Shown: positions 1 through 18,714 of the stretch, one piece after another
Numbering within the stretch: the stretch's first letter is position 1
How the letters are laid out: every line of letters begins with the position of its first letter
NCBI RefSeq assembly: GCF_009914755.1
Contig: NC_060947.1
Source of the DNA: the human T2T-CHM13v2.0 reference genome, Homo sapiens
Reading direction: 5' to 3' (one strand)
Length of the DNA stretch: 64,000 nt
The notes under the pieces: generated by a model
What the model was told of the DNA's origin: nothing
What the model saw: the letters and a program-made list of their open reading frames with translations, nothing else
The model's database searches: none
Program-made: the position numbers and the translations under genes

Positions 1-390
1 GAAGTAAGAAAACATTTGGTGAAAATGTCACCTGCAATAACTTGAATGGCAATGATAATGATGGGTTGACATTTATGTTCTGCTTTTTATAAGATATTAT
101 TAGAAGATAAGATCAGGAAATAATTGGTTGGTGTGTAAGCAGAAATGTTTAGCAAGTAGAGAAAGTTCAGAAATTCAGGACCTTAAGGGCTAGAAAAGCC
201 AACTTATTCTAAGCATCAAGGACTAAGAGGTATGAATTTAAAAGGCATTGAATGAAAAGCCCAATAAGACTTCTCAACTGAGCAACATAATTCAGTTTGG
301 CAGTCAAGATATGTTATCCAGCATTCTCACTTATTTTATCAGAAGGAGTCAAGTTAACCTACATTAAGTTGAGAAATAAAGACATAGACA

Positions 391-556
391 CTGCTGTGCT
401 GGATCTCAAAAAGTACATAAATAATAAAGTATTTATAATATTTGCAAATATTCTTCCAATTTCAAGCTACCAGTGTGATGTCAACTGGCTCCCAAAATTC
501 CAAAAATTTAATAATCAGTTCTTGAAAGCCAGTACTGGCTGATTAAGGCACACCAC
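391..556. mobile_element. hAT-Blackjack MER63-like DNA transposon fragment
   Basis: 'tttcaagctaccagtg...ggctcccaaaattccaaaaatttaataatcagttcttgaaagccagtac' resembles recalled MER63 termini; boundaries approximate. Confidence 0.4.
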
Positions 557-608
557 AGGTGTGAAACCAAGAATACGTCATATTTTAGCTGTCTTGCAAA
601 CAACTCCT

Positions 609-866
609 GCCGGGTGCGGTGGCTCATGCCTGCAATCCATACGCTTTGGGAGGCGCAGGCGGGCAGATTGCTTGAGGCCAGGAGTTGGAGACCACCCTGG
701 CCAACACAACACGGCGAAACCCTGTCTCTACTAAAAACCCAAAAACAATTAGCTGGGTGTGGTGGTGCCCACCTGTAGTCCCAGCTACTCAGGAGGCTGA
801 GGCAGATGGCGCCACTGCACTCTGGCCTGGGCGACAGAGCAAGGCTCTGTCTCAAAAAAAAAAAAA
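609..866 (+). mobile_element. Alu (AluS-like) with ~44 bp deletion in right arm
   Basis: gccgggtgcggtggctcatgcctg... two arms, poly(A) tail; right arm jumps gaggcag|atggcgccactgcac. Confidence 0.95.
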
Positions 867-1361
867 TTCTATGTGGTTAAAGACATTAGAACAGCTTTGA
901 TGTGGTTAAAAACACTAGAACTGGAATCTAGAAAATAAAACTGCTAGCGTTTTCTTTTTCTGGTAATTAACCAAAAATACCATGGTTCTTGATTTGCACG
1001 AGCAAGAGGCAGGTTATAACAACTATGCAGTACCTAAAGAAAGCGTAATTCCCAAAGTCCATTTTGGGTAAAGAATAATGAAAGAGAAGGAACCTTGCAG
1101 AAGTCAGAGCTGGGAGCGTCACCTACTAAAAAATAAGACATTTGCTCCCCCAAACCAAAATCAGCTGTAATCAAGGAACTGTCCTAATTACCAGGGGGTG
1201 AGGGGACAGCTCGCAATGCCTTCCTCTTGAGCTTATGTCATTACTGTGCGCCAGTACTTCTGGTTCTTTCTCATTTTTTCTTTTTCTAAATGGGGATGTT
1301 TTTGTAGTTCTCCTGTTCCAGCACTATCATTGTATACTGCACATTTAGGGAGGGAAGGAAT

Positions 1362-1898
1362 TGTATTCCTTTCCTATTGCTGCTGTAACAAATTGCAATA
1401 CATAAATGTATTATCTAACCATTTAGGAGGGCAGAAATTCAATTTGGGTAACACTCAGATCAAATCAAATTCTAGCAGGGTGGCACTTCTTTCTGGAGAT
1501 TCTGGTGAGAATCTATTTTCTTGCCCTTTTCCAGCTTCTAGAGGCTGTCCACATGCTTCACTCATGGCCCCTTCCTCCATTTTCAAAGCCACCTGATGGC
1601 TGGTCGAATCTTCACATTACATCCCTTGACCTCCTTTCATCATTACAGCTCCTTCTCTGACTCAGACAACTATTCTGGCCCTCTCTTCCACTTTTAAGAG
1701 CTCTCATAACTACCTTGGGCCCCTCAGACAATCCACGATCAGTTTCTTACCTTAAAGTCAGCTGATTAGAAAGCTTAGTTCTATCTGAAACCTTAATTAT
1801 TTTTGCCATGGGACCTAACATACTCACCGGTTCTGGGGCTGAGGACATGGATATCTCTGGAGGAGGGGTGGGGGCAGGGTATTAGTCTGCCTTCTTCA
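1362..1898 (-). mobile_element. MaLR solo LTR (MLT1D-like)
   Basis: tgtattcctttcctattgctgctgtaacaaat...ccttttccagcttctagaggctg...ggccccttcctccattttcaaagcc matches MLT1 LTR reverse strand. Confidence 0.8.
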
Positions 1899-2089
1899 GT
1901 GATCAACTTGTCTTCTTAGTTCATATATCTCCAGATAAAGAGAAGCTACAGGCAGACTGGACAATAATTACTGCACATCTCCTGGAAATGCTTGATTTTG
2001 ATTTAGATACAATGGCTGGTTGAGGTTTTGGGTTTTCACTTTTGGGCATATTCTCTGTATAAGATATTTGATGACCAAAAGAGTGGGCT

Positions 2090-2510
2090 GTCACAGTCTG
2101 AATAGCCACCCACGAAACTCAGTTTTTCTTCCTGAGCCCACAGCTAGAATAACACATTTCAAAACTTCCTTTGCAATTAGGTGTGTCTGAGTTCTTAACA
2201 ATGAAATATGAGTGGAAATGAACTGTGCCACTTCCAGTTCTGGCCTGTAAGAAACTCCACTCATCCTTCAGGCACCATTTTCCCCCTCTGACTAAAAGCA
2301 AAAGAACACTGACTTGGGGGACATTTTTGAAAACGGCAGTGCTATAAACTAGAAAAAGTGTGGGTCCTTAAATATTACTTAAAGCAGAACCACTTGCAAG
2401 TTTGGAACACCTATTTTTTACTTTATGTGAATGACAAATGATCTTTTATAAGGTTAAGTTTTGAAGCTTACTTTTTACAGCTACTAGTGATACCTTTATT
2501 TATATGTTTC
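2090..2510 (+). mobile_element. MaLR LTR (MLT1J-like), degenerate
   Basis: ctttgcaattaggtgtgtctgagttc...gaactgtgccacttccagttctggcc MLT1J-type motif; boundaries approximate. Confidence 0.55.
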
Positions 2511-3188
2511 AAAGTAACACTGAGTGATCAGTTATAATCAAAATTGTGCACCCTATTATTTTATAAGAATAAGTACCATTAGTGATCATGGAATCAGTTG
2601 TTTTTAAACAGTTAGTTTTAGAACCACTGACCGTTTCTTACATTAACTACCACATCCGTAAAATGGGTACCTGCCTCATGTGACTGATGTAACTACTAAG
2701 AAAGAAATTTAAAGCACTTAGACTAATGTTATAGAAACAAGAAAACTTTTCATTAATGTCTATTATTATTAAAATTATAAATATTGTGCAAAAAATAAAT
2801 ATTGGTTATTTATACACATATAAAGGTACACAAAAAAGGAGCCAATTTATTTGGCTCACTAGAAATCATCACTTTATAAACAAAAATAGACAAAAACTCA
2901 AGTAGAGCATGCAACACGTGACTATTTTCTTCCTCATGCACCATTATTGTTCAATTTACTATTCTCATTGGAAAATCCCGTAGTCAAGTATTGTTTTAAG
3001 CTCATTGAAATAACAGATTAACTGTACCACTGCTTACCATTCACACTTCAGCTCAGTGTCTCAATATATAAAGCATCCAACCAATTAATCTATCCAACAG
3101 CTATTCATTGAGCATCAAGCAAGCTTTTATTTTCACCAGAAATTTTTAAAAAGTAATTTCCTTCTCATGACTCTTACCTCTAGTGTAA

Positions 3189-3702
<514 letters not shown>

Positions 3703-6700
3703 TGAAGTTTATATATATTTTATATTTTGTATGCATACATCATGAATAAAACAGTTTTATCCAAATACTGCTGAAGAGGCATTTAGCAAGTTTACTTCAT
3801 TAATACAGCCCCTTTAGATAGAACTACAAGACTTTGGGATTTCCATTAAATGAAAAATAAATAATAAAGAAAAAAATACAAATGTCAATCAACAGGTTTG
3901 TTTGAGCCACATGATGCCAGAAAATGATTGAGCTGATTTTATTCTTTGAATTGACAATATGGAGTTTTCACTATTGACTGGAACTAGCAGATGTTATGGC
4001 ATAATGTAGAGACAATTAAAGCATCCTGAGCAGATGAAACTCCTATCTTATTTTCAAAGATATATGAAAAGGATTTGACAACTTCATGTGGAAATAAATT
4101 ATATTTGACTACTGTCACTTTTTGGAAAGACTTCTATTCTAAGTCTTGTACTCTTTATTTGAAAATCTGATTTTGCACTCTTTCTTTAGAAATCTGATTT
4201 TGTTCTTATTCTATTTCTAATAAAATTTGAGAACATGAATTTGAGAATGCTTTGGAAATCCATGAATGCCTTCAACATATGTTTAACATAATAGAAAAGG
4301 TAAACTATGCCCATTTATATGTATAATTAATGAACAGGAATCCCCTTTGTTAACGTTTATCATATTTGTTATTACTAGTACAATATCCTTTTTCTCTGCT
4401 GAGGTATGGTCTCCACAAATGCAAGAGCTATATCTGATAAGTTCATGGCCCAAAATAATTACAAAACAAGTGTTTACTGAATAAACAAATGGTTTAATAA
4501 GTAAACTTGGCTTAACGATATTGATACCATATTATATTTAACATTTTGAATTACCTTGAATTATATGTCATATTTTGGATGAATGCTATTTAAGGAAGTT
4601 TTCCTACCTGTATTTTATGTACTTATACTTTAGGAAGAAATAAAATATCAAATTCAGGTTGTGAATAGTCAGTGAATCTGTTGTTTGAGTTGATGCTGGT
4701 TTATCATGATACTAAAAATGTAATTATATTATAGGTTAAGGAATAGTTAACAAAATACTCAAATGACAATAGTTTGTTTTGAAATATTGGCAGTTTTACA
4801 GTGACTTGAACTAGATTTGTCATTACATTACGTTGAACCTTATGCTACTTTCTGCTCATATATCAACGTATGAAAGGTTATAACAACACACCTAATAAAT
4901 TAGAAAGATAGAAATTTAATGTTCCTTAGATAAATTGTTAATAATTTATATTCTAATTTTAGAGATAAGCTAAGAAATTTTATATAAAATGAACAAACAC
5001 ATTTTTCTTGACATTCTTACACATATTTATAAAATCTTAATTAGGAATTCTGTTTCAAATGCTGTTTTTTGCAGATGAAAAATAATACAGTGACATGAGC
5101 TAATTCTTATGTTGGTTTATAATTTTTATTGGCTTAGTCAAAGAATCATAATAATCATAGATAATATTTTTTAAAAGGGAGCATTTTTTGAGCTGATATA
5201 TTGGTTAAGCTACCCCCAAAAAATGCATACGAATTTGAGAAGGAAAAGTGAACGTTTAAGTTCACATCAACATTCATCTAACATTATAAATTTGGTTCAC
5301 TGGTGATTGGGATACATAGGTGAATAAGAAAGAATTCTTATTCTCAAATAATTTTAATCAAAGAGCAAGAAACATTATGATTTGTAATATGACTTAATAA
5401 TGTAAAGGGTGGCATATATCTTAGAAAAAAGAAATAGGCCATTACAGGAATTCCAAAGCGTATATATAATTTCCAGTTAGGCCTATAGGAGGGAAGAGGT
5501 GTTTGAAATTAGTCAAAAGAATCAATGGTGGGTATTAAGCATTTTTAAAAATAGTGGCCCATGTACCTTTTAACTCTTAGGCATAACTAAGACCTACCTT
5601 GATGATCGAAAGACATGGAATGTAACTGAAATTCCTTTTCAGAATAACAAAGTGGTATTTGGGGGTTCAATTTTTAGTATTTAAATATAGTAAAATGAGA
5701 AATAGGGGCTCATATGTGATTCTAATAACACAGAGCAGAGGGTATATTAAGAGGCTGAGCTAAAATCTGATTCATGTTTTATAACCTAAGCCTAGTTTTC
5801 TTAAAGGGAAGACACAGATTTTCGATTTTGGTTGTTTAAATCTCCTTTATAATGTCTTTAACATATTCAAAATGCCCAAAGCGGGTTTGGTTCTAGCAGG
5901 GCAGATAAAGTAATAATGGAACGCTATGCATAAATGGGGTAAAGTGCCACAACTGTCAGAGGCAGCTCTAACTGACAAAATTCTTGCAACCACAGAGGGA
6001 GGGTCAGAGACTAAGTAGAATACATTGCTGTCTGTTCAACAATGAAGTCACCCAGTATTTTAATGGAGAAATTAATTACAGGAGACTAGTCACTCCATAT
6101 TTTTGTTATTATCATTATCACTATTATTATCTTAAGTGGTTAAACTATTATAAGCCTTAAGGTTAAAAGGCAAATTACTTCTCTGAGCACTCTTTGCTTT
6201 AACTTAATAAAATTGAACATAGCTCTCTATACAATTTTAAGCATGATAACAATGCACAGAGGGTGTATGTAAAGTTTTATCTTGAGTGGCATGGCTCCAA
6301 GCAGATAGTATGAACAGTGCCCTCGGTCTATGATTACAGGAACGTAAACATTATACAACCTCATCTTCCTTATCATGATGAGGAGGACAATTTCAGCATA
6401 GCATTTAGCATTTTCAAGTACTTAGAGCTGTAAGAGTATTTCTATTTTTACAAGGCTTTATGTCAAACACAATTTTACCTTCCAATTTTATAATGACAGT
6501 TGGTCAAAGTTTACAGCTTATAATTTCTGATGGCTCAGTGCACTGATGCTTCTTTTCTAGGTTATTAAATGGATATGGGATATTAAACTGAAATGAGACA
6601 AATCTTGACAGTCCTAGGAAACATTTAGATACAGAAAGGATAGAAATTTGTATTTATTAAGTTGAAACTTTAAAAATTACTTGTATTGTTAAAATTCCAC

Positions 6701-7477
6701 TTTCTTCTTCTCAGTATTTAATAAGGACTTTTATAATTTTTTTAGAGTGTAAATACCTTTCTAATCAATTTTTAAATATTTGTAGCAATATTAGAAATCA
6801 AATAATACAATAGGACTTATTCTGAAAATATTTAGAAAATCTCCTTTATCACTTTTCTTAGCCCATGTTAAAGTCCCAATATAATTATCCTTGAAGTGAT
6901 TTCCAAAATTAAATATATATATATTATCATAACTCCACATCTTGTTTAACTTTAGAAAAGAACATATTAGCTCCTTAATAGGACATTAAAAGTTTTAACT
7001 CATTTCATTATCTACATTCAACTGTCTCCAAATAGTTGATGTCCTTTACATGTTACTTTGTTGGGCACCTTCATAATCATTAATATCTTCATATTTCAAC
7101 TTCTTTTTCTACAAAATTACTTACATATCTTGATTCCTTACTGTACAGGATGAGGATATCAGTGTCTCTATATATTCCTCACATTCCTCTCCTCTCTCAT
7201 CTCCCACCATCTGCCACCTACAGATTTACATTTATCAGGGTTGTTAAATCTTACATTTTCATCTTCAATCATATGACAACATTTTTGCCTTGCTTGAAAA
7301 TTTACATAACCTAAAAGTAAATTTGCACAAGTAAAATACAGTGCAAATACTACAACAATGTTAATAATGTTTATTGGTCAATAAATAAATCAGTCAGTTT
7401 ACCAGAATTACAATGATTTCTTTTGGATTCAATATATTCACCCTACATTATTTGAAGTAAACCATTTCAGGAATCAT

Positions 7478-7575
7478 CATTATGTACTGTATAACAACAT
7501 TTTGGTCGATGATGGCCTGCATATACAATGGTGGTTCCATAAGATTATAATATCTTACTTTTACTGTACCTTTTT
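7478..7575 (+). mobile_element. TcMar-Tigger (Tigger3-like) terminal fragment
   Basis: ataacaacattttggtcgatgatggcctgcatatacaatggtggttccataagattataat...ttttactgtacctttt matches recalled Tigger3 end. Confidence 0.6.
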
Positions 7576-7600
7576 GTCTCTTCAGTTTGTTGATTGTTTA

Positions 7601-7895
7601 TTTTTCTTTCTTTTTTTATTGAGACAGAGTCTCGCTCTGTCTCCCAGGCTGGAGTGCAGTGGTGCAATCTAGGCTCACTGCAACCTCCACCTCCTGGGTT
7701 CAAGCGATCCTCCTGCCTCAGCCTCCCAAGAAGCTGGAATTACAGGTGCCTACCACCACACCTGGCTAATTTTTGTATTTTTAGTAGAGATGGGGTTTCA
7801 CCAAGTTGGCCAGCTGGTCTTGAACTCCTGACCTCAAGTGATCCACCCGCCTCAGCCTGTCATAGTGCTGGGATTACAGGCATGAGCCACTGGCC
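7601..7895 (-). mobile_element. AluS (Sz-like)
   Basis: poly(T), gagacagagtctcgctctg...cctcaagtgatccacccgcctc...gagccactggcc. Confidence 0.95.
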
Positions 7896-10800
7896 TTATC
7901 ACATTTTCTTTATCCATTCATCTGTTGATGAACACTAAAGTTGCTCCCAAACATTGACTATTGTCTCTTCATTTTGTTGATTGTTTCTTTTACTGTGCAG
8001 AAGCTTTTTAACTTGATGTGATCCCATTTGTCCATTTTTGCTTTGTTTGCCTGTGCTTGTGAGGTATTATGCAAGAAATTTGACAGTCCAACAACCTGGG
8101 GAGTTTCTCCAATGGTTTCATTTAGTAGTTTCATAGTTTGAGGTCTTACATTTAAGTCTTTAATCTATGTTGATTTGATTTTTGTATATTACAAGAGATG
8201 GGGGTCTAGTTTCATTCTTTTGCATACGGATATCCAGTTTTCCCAGCATTATTTATTGAAGAGACTGTCCCTTTCCCAATGTATGTTCTTGGCACTTTAG
8301 TTCAAAAATGAGTTTACTGTGGATGTATGGGTTTATTTATGGGTTCTCTATTTTGTTTCACTGATCTATCTGTCCGTTTTTATGCCAGTACCATGTTATT
8401 TTGGTTACTATATCTCTGTAGTATAATTTGAACTCAGGTAATGTGATTCCTCCAGTTTTGTTCTTTTCACTTAGGATAGCTTTTACTACTCTGGGTCTTT
8501 TGTGGTTCCATATAAATTTAAGCATTTTTTTTCTATTTCTGTGAAGAATGTCATTGATAGTTTTATAAGGATAGCATTGAATCTGTAGATTGCTTTGGAT
8601 AGTATGGACATTTAAAAAATATTGATTCTTCCTATCCAAGAACATGAAATGTCTTTCCATTTTGTTGTGTCCTCTTCAATTTCTGCGTCACTGTTTTATA
8701 GTTTTCATTGTACAGATCCTTTACTTCTCTGGTTATGTTAATTTCTAGGTATTTTATTTTATTTGCAGCTACCGTAAATGGAATTGCATTCTTGATTTCT
8801 ATTTCAGATTGTTCACTGTTGTCATATAGAAATTCTAATGATTTTTGTGTGTTGATTTTGTATCCTGCAATTTTAATGAGTTTGTTTATCAGTTCTAATA
8901 GTTTTTTGATGTAGTCTTTAGCTTTTTCCAAATATAAAATCATATCATCTGCAAACGGGATAATTTGATTTCTTGCCTTGCAATTTGGATGTCTTTTGTT
9001 TCTTTCTCTTGTCTGACTGCTCTAGCTAGGTCCTTCAGTACTATATAGAATAACAGTGGTGAAAGTGGGCATCCCTGCCGTGTTCCAGATCTTAGAGGAA
9101 AGGCTTTCAGTTTTTCCCCATTCAGTATGATGCTACCTGTGGGTCTATTGTATGTGGCTTTTATTATGTTGAGGCATGTTCCTTATATGCCCAGTGTTTT
9201 GAAGGATTTTATCGTGAAGTGATGTTGAATTTTATCAAATGCTTTCTCAGCATCAGGTGAAATAATCATTTGGTTTTTATCCTTCATTCTGTTAATAGGA
9301 TGTATCATATTGGTTGATTTGTCTATGTTGAACCCTCCTTGCATCCCTGGGATAAATCCCACTTGGTCACAATTAAAAATCTTTTTAATGTGTTGTTGAA
9401 TTTGGTTTGCTATTATTTTGTAGAGGAATTTTGCATCAATATTCATCAGTGTTATTGGCCTGTAGTTTTCTTTTCTTTTTTTTTGATGTGCCTTTGTCTA
9501 GTTTAGATATCATGGAAATACTGGATTTACAGAAAGGATTTGTAAGTGTTCCTTTCTCCTTTATTTTTTGGAATAGTTTGAGTAAGATTGGTATTAGTTC
9601 TTTAAATGTTTGGTAGAATTCAGCAGTGAAGCCGTGAGGTCCTGGGCTTTTCCTTGCTAGACTTTCTGTTGTGTCTTTTTTTTTTTTTTTTTTTTTTAAG
9701 ACGGAGTTTCACTCTGTTGCCCAGACTGGAGTGCGGTGGTGTGATCTTGGCTCACTACAATACAACCTCCGCTTCTCGGGTTCAAGCAATTCTCCTGCCT
9801 CAGCCTCCCCTGTAGCTAGGATTACAGGCATTCGCCACCACGCTGGACTAATTTTTGTATTTTTAGTAGAGATGGGGGCTTCACCATGTTGCCCAGGCTG
9901 GTCTCAAACTCCTGGCCTCGGGTGATCAGCCCACCTCAGCCTCCCAAAGTGCTGGGATTACAGGCATGAGCCATCGCACCTGGCTGTTGTGTCTTTGATC
10001 TTGTTACTTGTTATTAGTCTGTTCGGATTTTGGATTTCTTCCTGGTTCAATCTTGGTAGGTTGTATGTGTCTAGACATTTATTGATTTTTTTTCTAGATT
10101 TTCCAATTTATTGGCATGTAGTTTTTCATGCTAGCTGTTAATGATCATTTGAATTTCTGTGGTATCAGATGTAACATCTGCTTTTTCATCTCTGAAATTA
10201 TTTACTTGAGGCTTCTTTCTTTGTTTCCTTCATTAGTCTGGCTAAAGATTTGTCAATTTTGTTTACCTTTATAAATAAAACAACTTATTTCATTGCACAA
10301 TAATTTTCTTCATTTCAAATTCATCTATTTCTGCTCTGACCTTCATTATTTCTTTTCTTCCACTATTTTGGGTTAGATTTTCTCTTGCTTTTCTAGTGCT
10401 TTATCATGCATCATTAGGTTGTTTATTTGTAGTTTTTCTAATTTTTTGATATAAACCCTTATAGCTATAAACTTAATTCTTAGTACTGCTTTTGCTGTAT
10501 CTCACAGGTTTTGGTATGTTGTGTTTCCAAAGTCATATGTTTCCTGAAATTTTTTAATTTTCTTCTTAATTTCTTCCTTGATCCACTGGTCATTCAGGAG
10601 CATATTGTTTAATTTCCGTGTGTTTGTATAGTTTCCAAAATTCCTCCTGTTAATGATTTCTATCTAGGTTTATACCATTGTGGTCAGAAAAGATGCTTCT
10701 CCTCAGAAAGAAGGGTTCTCTTTTGGAGCTGAGGGCTGTGCAGCCTGGCAATGGGGAAGTAGTGGCACAAGCACTCCCTTAGCCACCTAGGCTAGTGTCT

Positions 10801-11380
10801 TAGTAGATAATATGCCCCCAAGTGCACTGGCTCTGAGCCCAGCCCAGCACTGGGACTTGCCTAGGAATTGCAGTCCTTGTGGCCTAGACTTTCAAGTTTA
10901 TTTAGAGCCCCAAGCACTTTAGCCTCTGGTGATGCGGCTTGCCAAAACTTATATTCTGACTGCTTGATGGGCAATTCTCATTTGTCTAGGGCTGATTTAA
11001 ATGCTCCTCTATGGGTAAGTGTCAGCTGAGTTCAGCCAGGTTTTGCTTTCCACTGTGACAGAGCAGAACTAAGTTCAATGCAAAGTTTTATAATTGCTGT
11101 TCTCTCCCTCTCCTAACTGCACAGATTCCCTATGTCACACTGTCACTGCTGGGGGATGGGAAAGGGTGGCATTGGCAATTCAAGACTGTTTTTCCTACCC
11201 TCTTCAGTTCCTCTTTCGGTGGTATGAAGTTAAAACCAGTTACTGTAAATGCCCACCTGATTCACCTGATTTTTGGTTCTTATGAGGGTGCTTTTTTGTT
11301 TGTAGGTAGTTGTCAAATTTGGTGTTCCTATGGTGGGCATGATGGTTGAAGCCTTCTCTTTGGCCATCTTGCCTGCCCCT
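7896..11380 (-). mobile_element. Old L1 (L1MA/L1M1-type), internally deleted, retains 5' UTR; interrupted by Alu
   Basis: Broken ORF2 peptides ([46 protein letters not shown]); 5' UTR-type sequence 10699-11380 ending tggccatcttg (YY1-type AAGATGGCC on minus). Confidence 0.88.
9676..9984 (-). mobile_element. AluS inserted in L1, 12-bp TSD
   Basis: TSD tgttgtgtcttt at 9667-9678 and 9985-9996. Confidence 0.96.
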
Positions 11381-11599
11381 TGTTCTGGAGTCCCAGAAAC
11401 ACTTAAAGTCATATTTCATTTTAGTTTCTTACACATTTAAACTACGACTGCTTTGTAACATCATTTTATTTTTTCTGAATATTCTAATTGATTTCACTTT
11501 TCCTTACTAAGAAAAAAAGAGCAGTGCATTTCTATCCCAAATATTTTTCATCAAATTAGTTGACTATACCCAACTAATTACCTGTCTCCTCCCCCTCCA

Positions 11600-12693
<1,094 letters not shown>

Positions 12694-14049
12694 TATTTTT
12701 GCATTTGATTATATCCTATGAATTATACAACCTACTGGATGGTGCCTTCTTTTTTTCCACAAAGACATCTATTCTGGATGCCTTTGTCCACCTGCTTCAA
12801 AAAAACTGCATGTTTTAGGCCTTGTGCAGGTTGTTAAAGAGGATTTTCAGACCTAATAAACTGTGATTCATGTACAGTTTTCTGAATCTCATGCCTTTTA
12901 TTTGTTATATCCTCATTTTGCTGAAGTAAAACAGTGAGTAAATTGTCAGAAAGAGTGTTTCAGAAGTAAGCTAGTTGATTCATTGCATTCTGAAAATATA
13001 TTTGCTTTCCTGGTTAGAGAATCCTAGATTCTAAATGTTTCTCTCAGAACTTTTAAAACATTGCGCCAATGCATTCTGGCATTCAGTATTGTCCATTAAC
13101 AAGTGCTATGACTTCTCTTTTCTCCTCTTGAAATTGTTAGTAACATTTCATCCTTACTGTTATAAAATCATGATATGTTTATGTGTGGATCTTTCCTTAC
13201 TTCTGTTGTGTTGGGCTCAGTAAGCAATAAACCCTTTTATTCTGAAGTTGTTTTTCTGCTAAAGGAAAATATTCTTCTAGTATTTTTCCATCTAATTTCT
13301 TGGTTTTCTCTTTCTAGAGAAATAACTAGTGGGTATTCTACAACTTGAATAGATACTCTACAAATTATATATTTCTCATACTTTTCAAAGCTTTATTTTT
13401 AAAGCTATTTTCTAGGAGATATTCTCAACCTGATTTTTTATCTCTTTGCTTATTTTATTTTAGCAATCATATTCTTAACCACTATGGACCCAATTTATTC
13501 TATCATCTTTGCCTTTTTATAGCATCTTGTTTTGATACAGCTTTATTGTTGCTAATTTCCCATATACGTGAAGAATTAACTATTGCCTTGGACACATACT
13601 TTTATTTTGATTACATTTACTCCCATTTTTTAAGTAAAAGGGTTTGGTGATGGGGACCCAGAACTAATTGGCTTTTATGCTAATAAGGCTAACTCTTTAA
13701 TAATGATATCTCTTACTTAATGTAAAATTGGATAAAAAGCAAAAAACCATGGTTCTTATGTGACTAGGTGTGCCCCTTATTCTGCATTACTTTGAAAAAC
13801 CACAGAAGTTTGGGGTATCTCCATGGGGAAAAAGGAGAGTTACTGAAGGGTCATGTCTCCTGGTCCCCCTCATTACATATATTTTTTCACTGCCTCTTTG
13901 ACTATTTGATATTAAATTAAAGTAACTTAAGCTGATTTGCAGTTGTCATTCTCATTCACAAAAATTTGTTTGATCTACCTCATTTAACATAGATGGCAGG
14001 ATTAACCATAAAATTGTCATGATTTAAGTGGGGTGAAGGGAAAAATAAA

Positions 14050-14360
14050 TAATAGTCTGAGAATTCTACACAATGTTTGCGAACTGAATCAAATCTGTGG
14101 CACTCAGAAGACAGCATATGAGCCACGGAGTGTCACCAAGAGGAAATAGGATCTCAGGACTGGGTGCTGATGACAGCAACAACTTTGCATCTAAATATTT
14201 CTGTGGATTGTTGCAGCTACTTGGATATTGTAGCCATGTCCAGCAAACTAAGGAGGTCAGATTCATTCTACTTCTCACTGTCACTGGGCTGGTGTTTAAC
14301 AAATTGAGGAACCACATTTTTTTGTGTCTATTTCCCTTCTGGGTCCGTACTTTGGCTGTA
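14050..14360 (+). mobile_element. Possible ancient CR1/L3 fragment
   Basis: tgtccagcaaactaaggaggtcagattcattctacttctcactg...ttctgggtccgtactt loosely resembles L3; highly diverged. Confidence 0.35.
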
Positions 14361-14833
14361 CACCAGCATGACAAAGGCTTTTCTAGCTGCAGTATGCATT
14401 TAGACTTTAAGTGGTGAAATGTAATGCTTTTTTCATGTATACATTCTTCTCATTTGTTTCTTTCACATAAATGATTTAAATTTTACATTCAGGGTTTACA
14501 TGTGAATATTTGTTACATGGATACACTGTGTAATGGAGGGGTTTGGGCTTCTAATGTACACAGCACCCAAATAGTGAACATTGTAGACCATAGGAAATTT
14601 TTAATTTTAAAATTTTTTTTATTTATTTGTATTATACTTTAAGTTCTAGGGTACATGTGTACAATGTGCAGGCTCATTACATAGGTATACATGTGCCATG
14701 CTTGCCTGCTGCATCCATCAACCCGTCATTTACATTAGGCTTTTCTCCCAATGCTATCCCTCCCCCCGCCCCCACCCCACCACAGGCCCTGGTGTGTGAT
14801 GTTCCCCTTCCTGTGACCAAGTGTTCTCATTGT

Positions 14834-18651
<3,818 letters not shown>

Positions 18652-18714
18652 TATGATGTTAGCTGGTTATTTTGCCCATTAGTTGATGCAGTTTCTTCCT
18701 AGCATCGATGGTCT

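Noticed and set aside
14097-14417. Overlapping 106/102-aa ORFs in apparently unique DNA
   Set aside because: Non-ATG starts, no recognisable domain, probably a decayed L3/CR1 fragment
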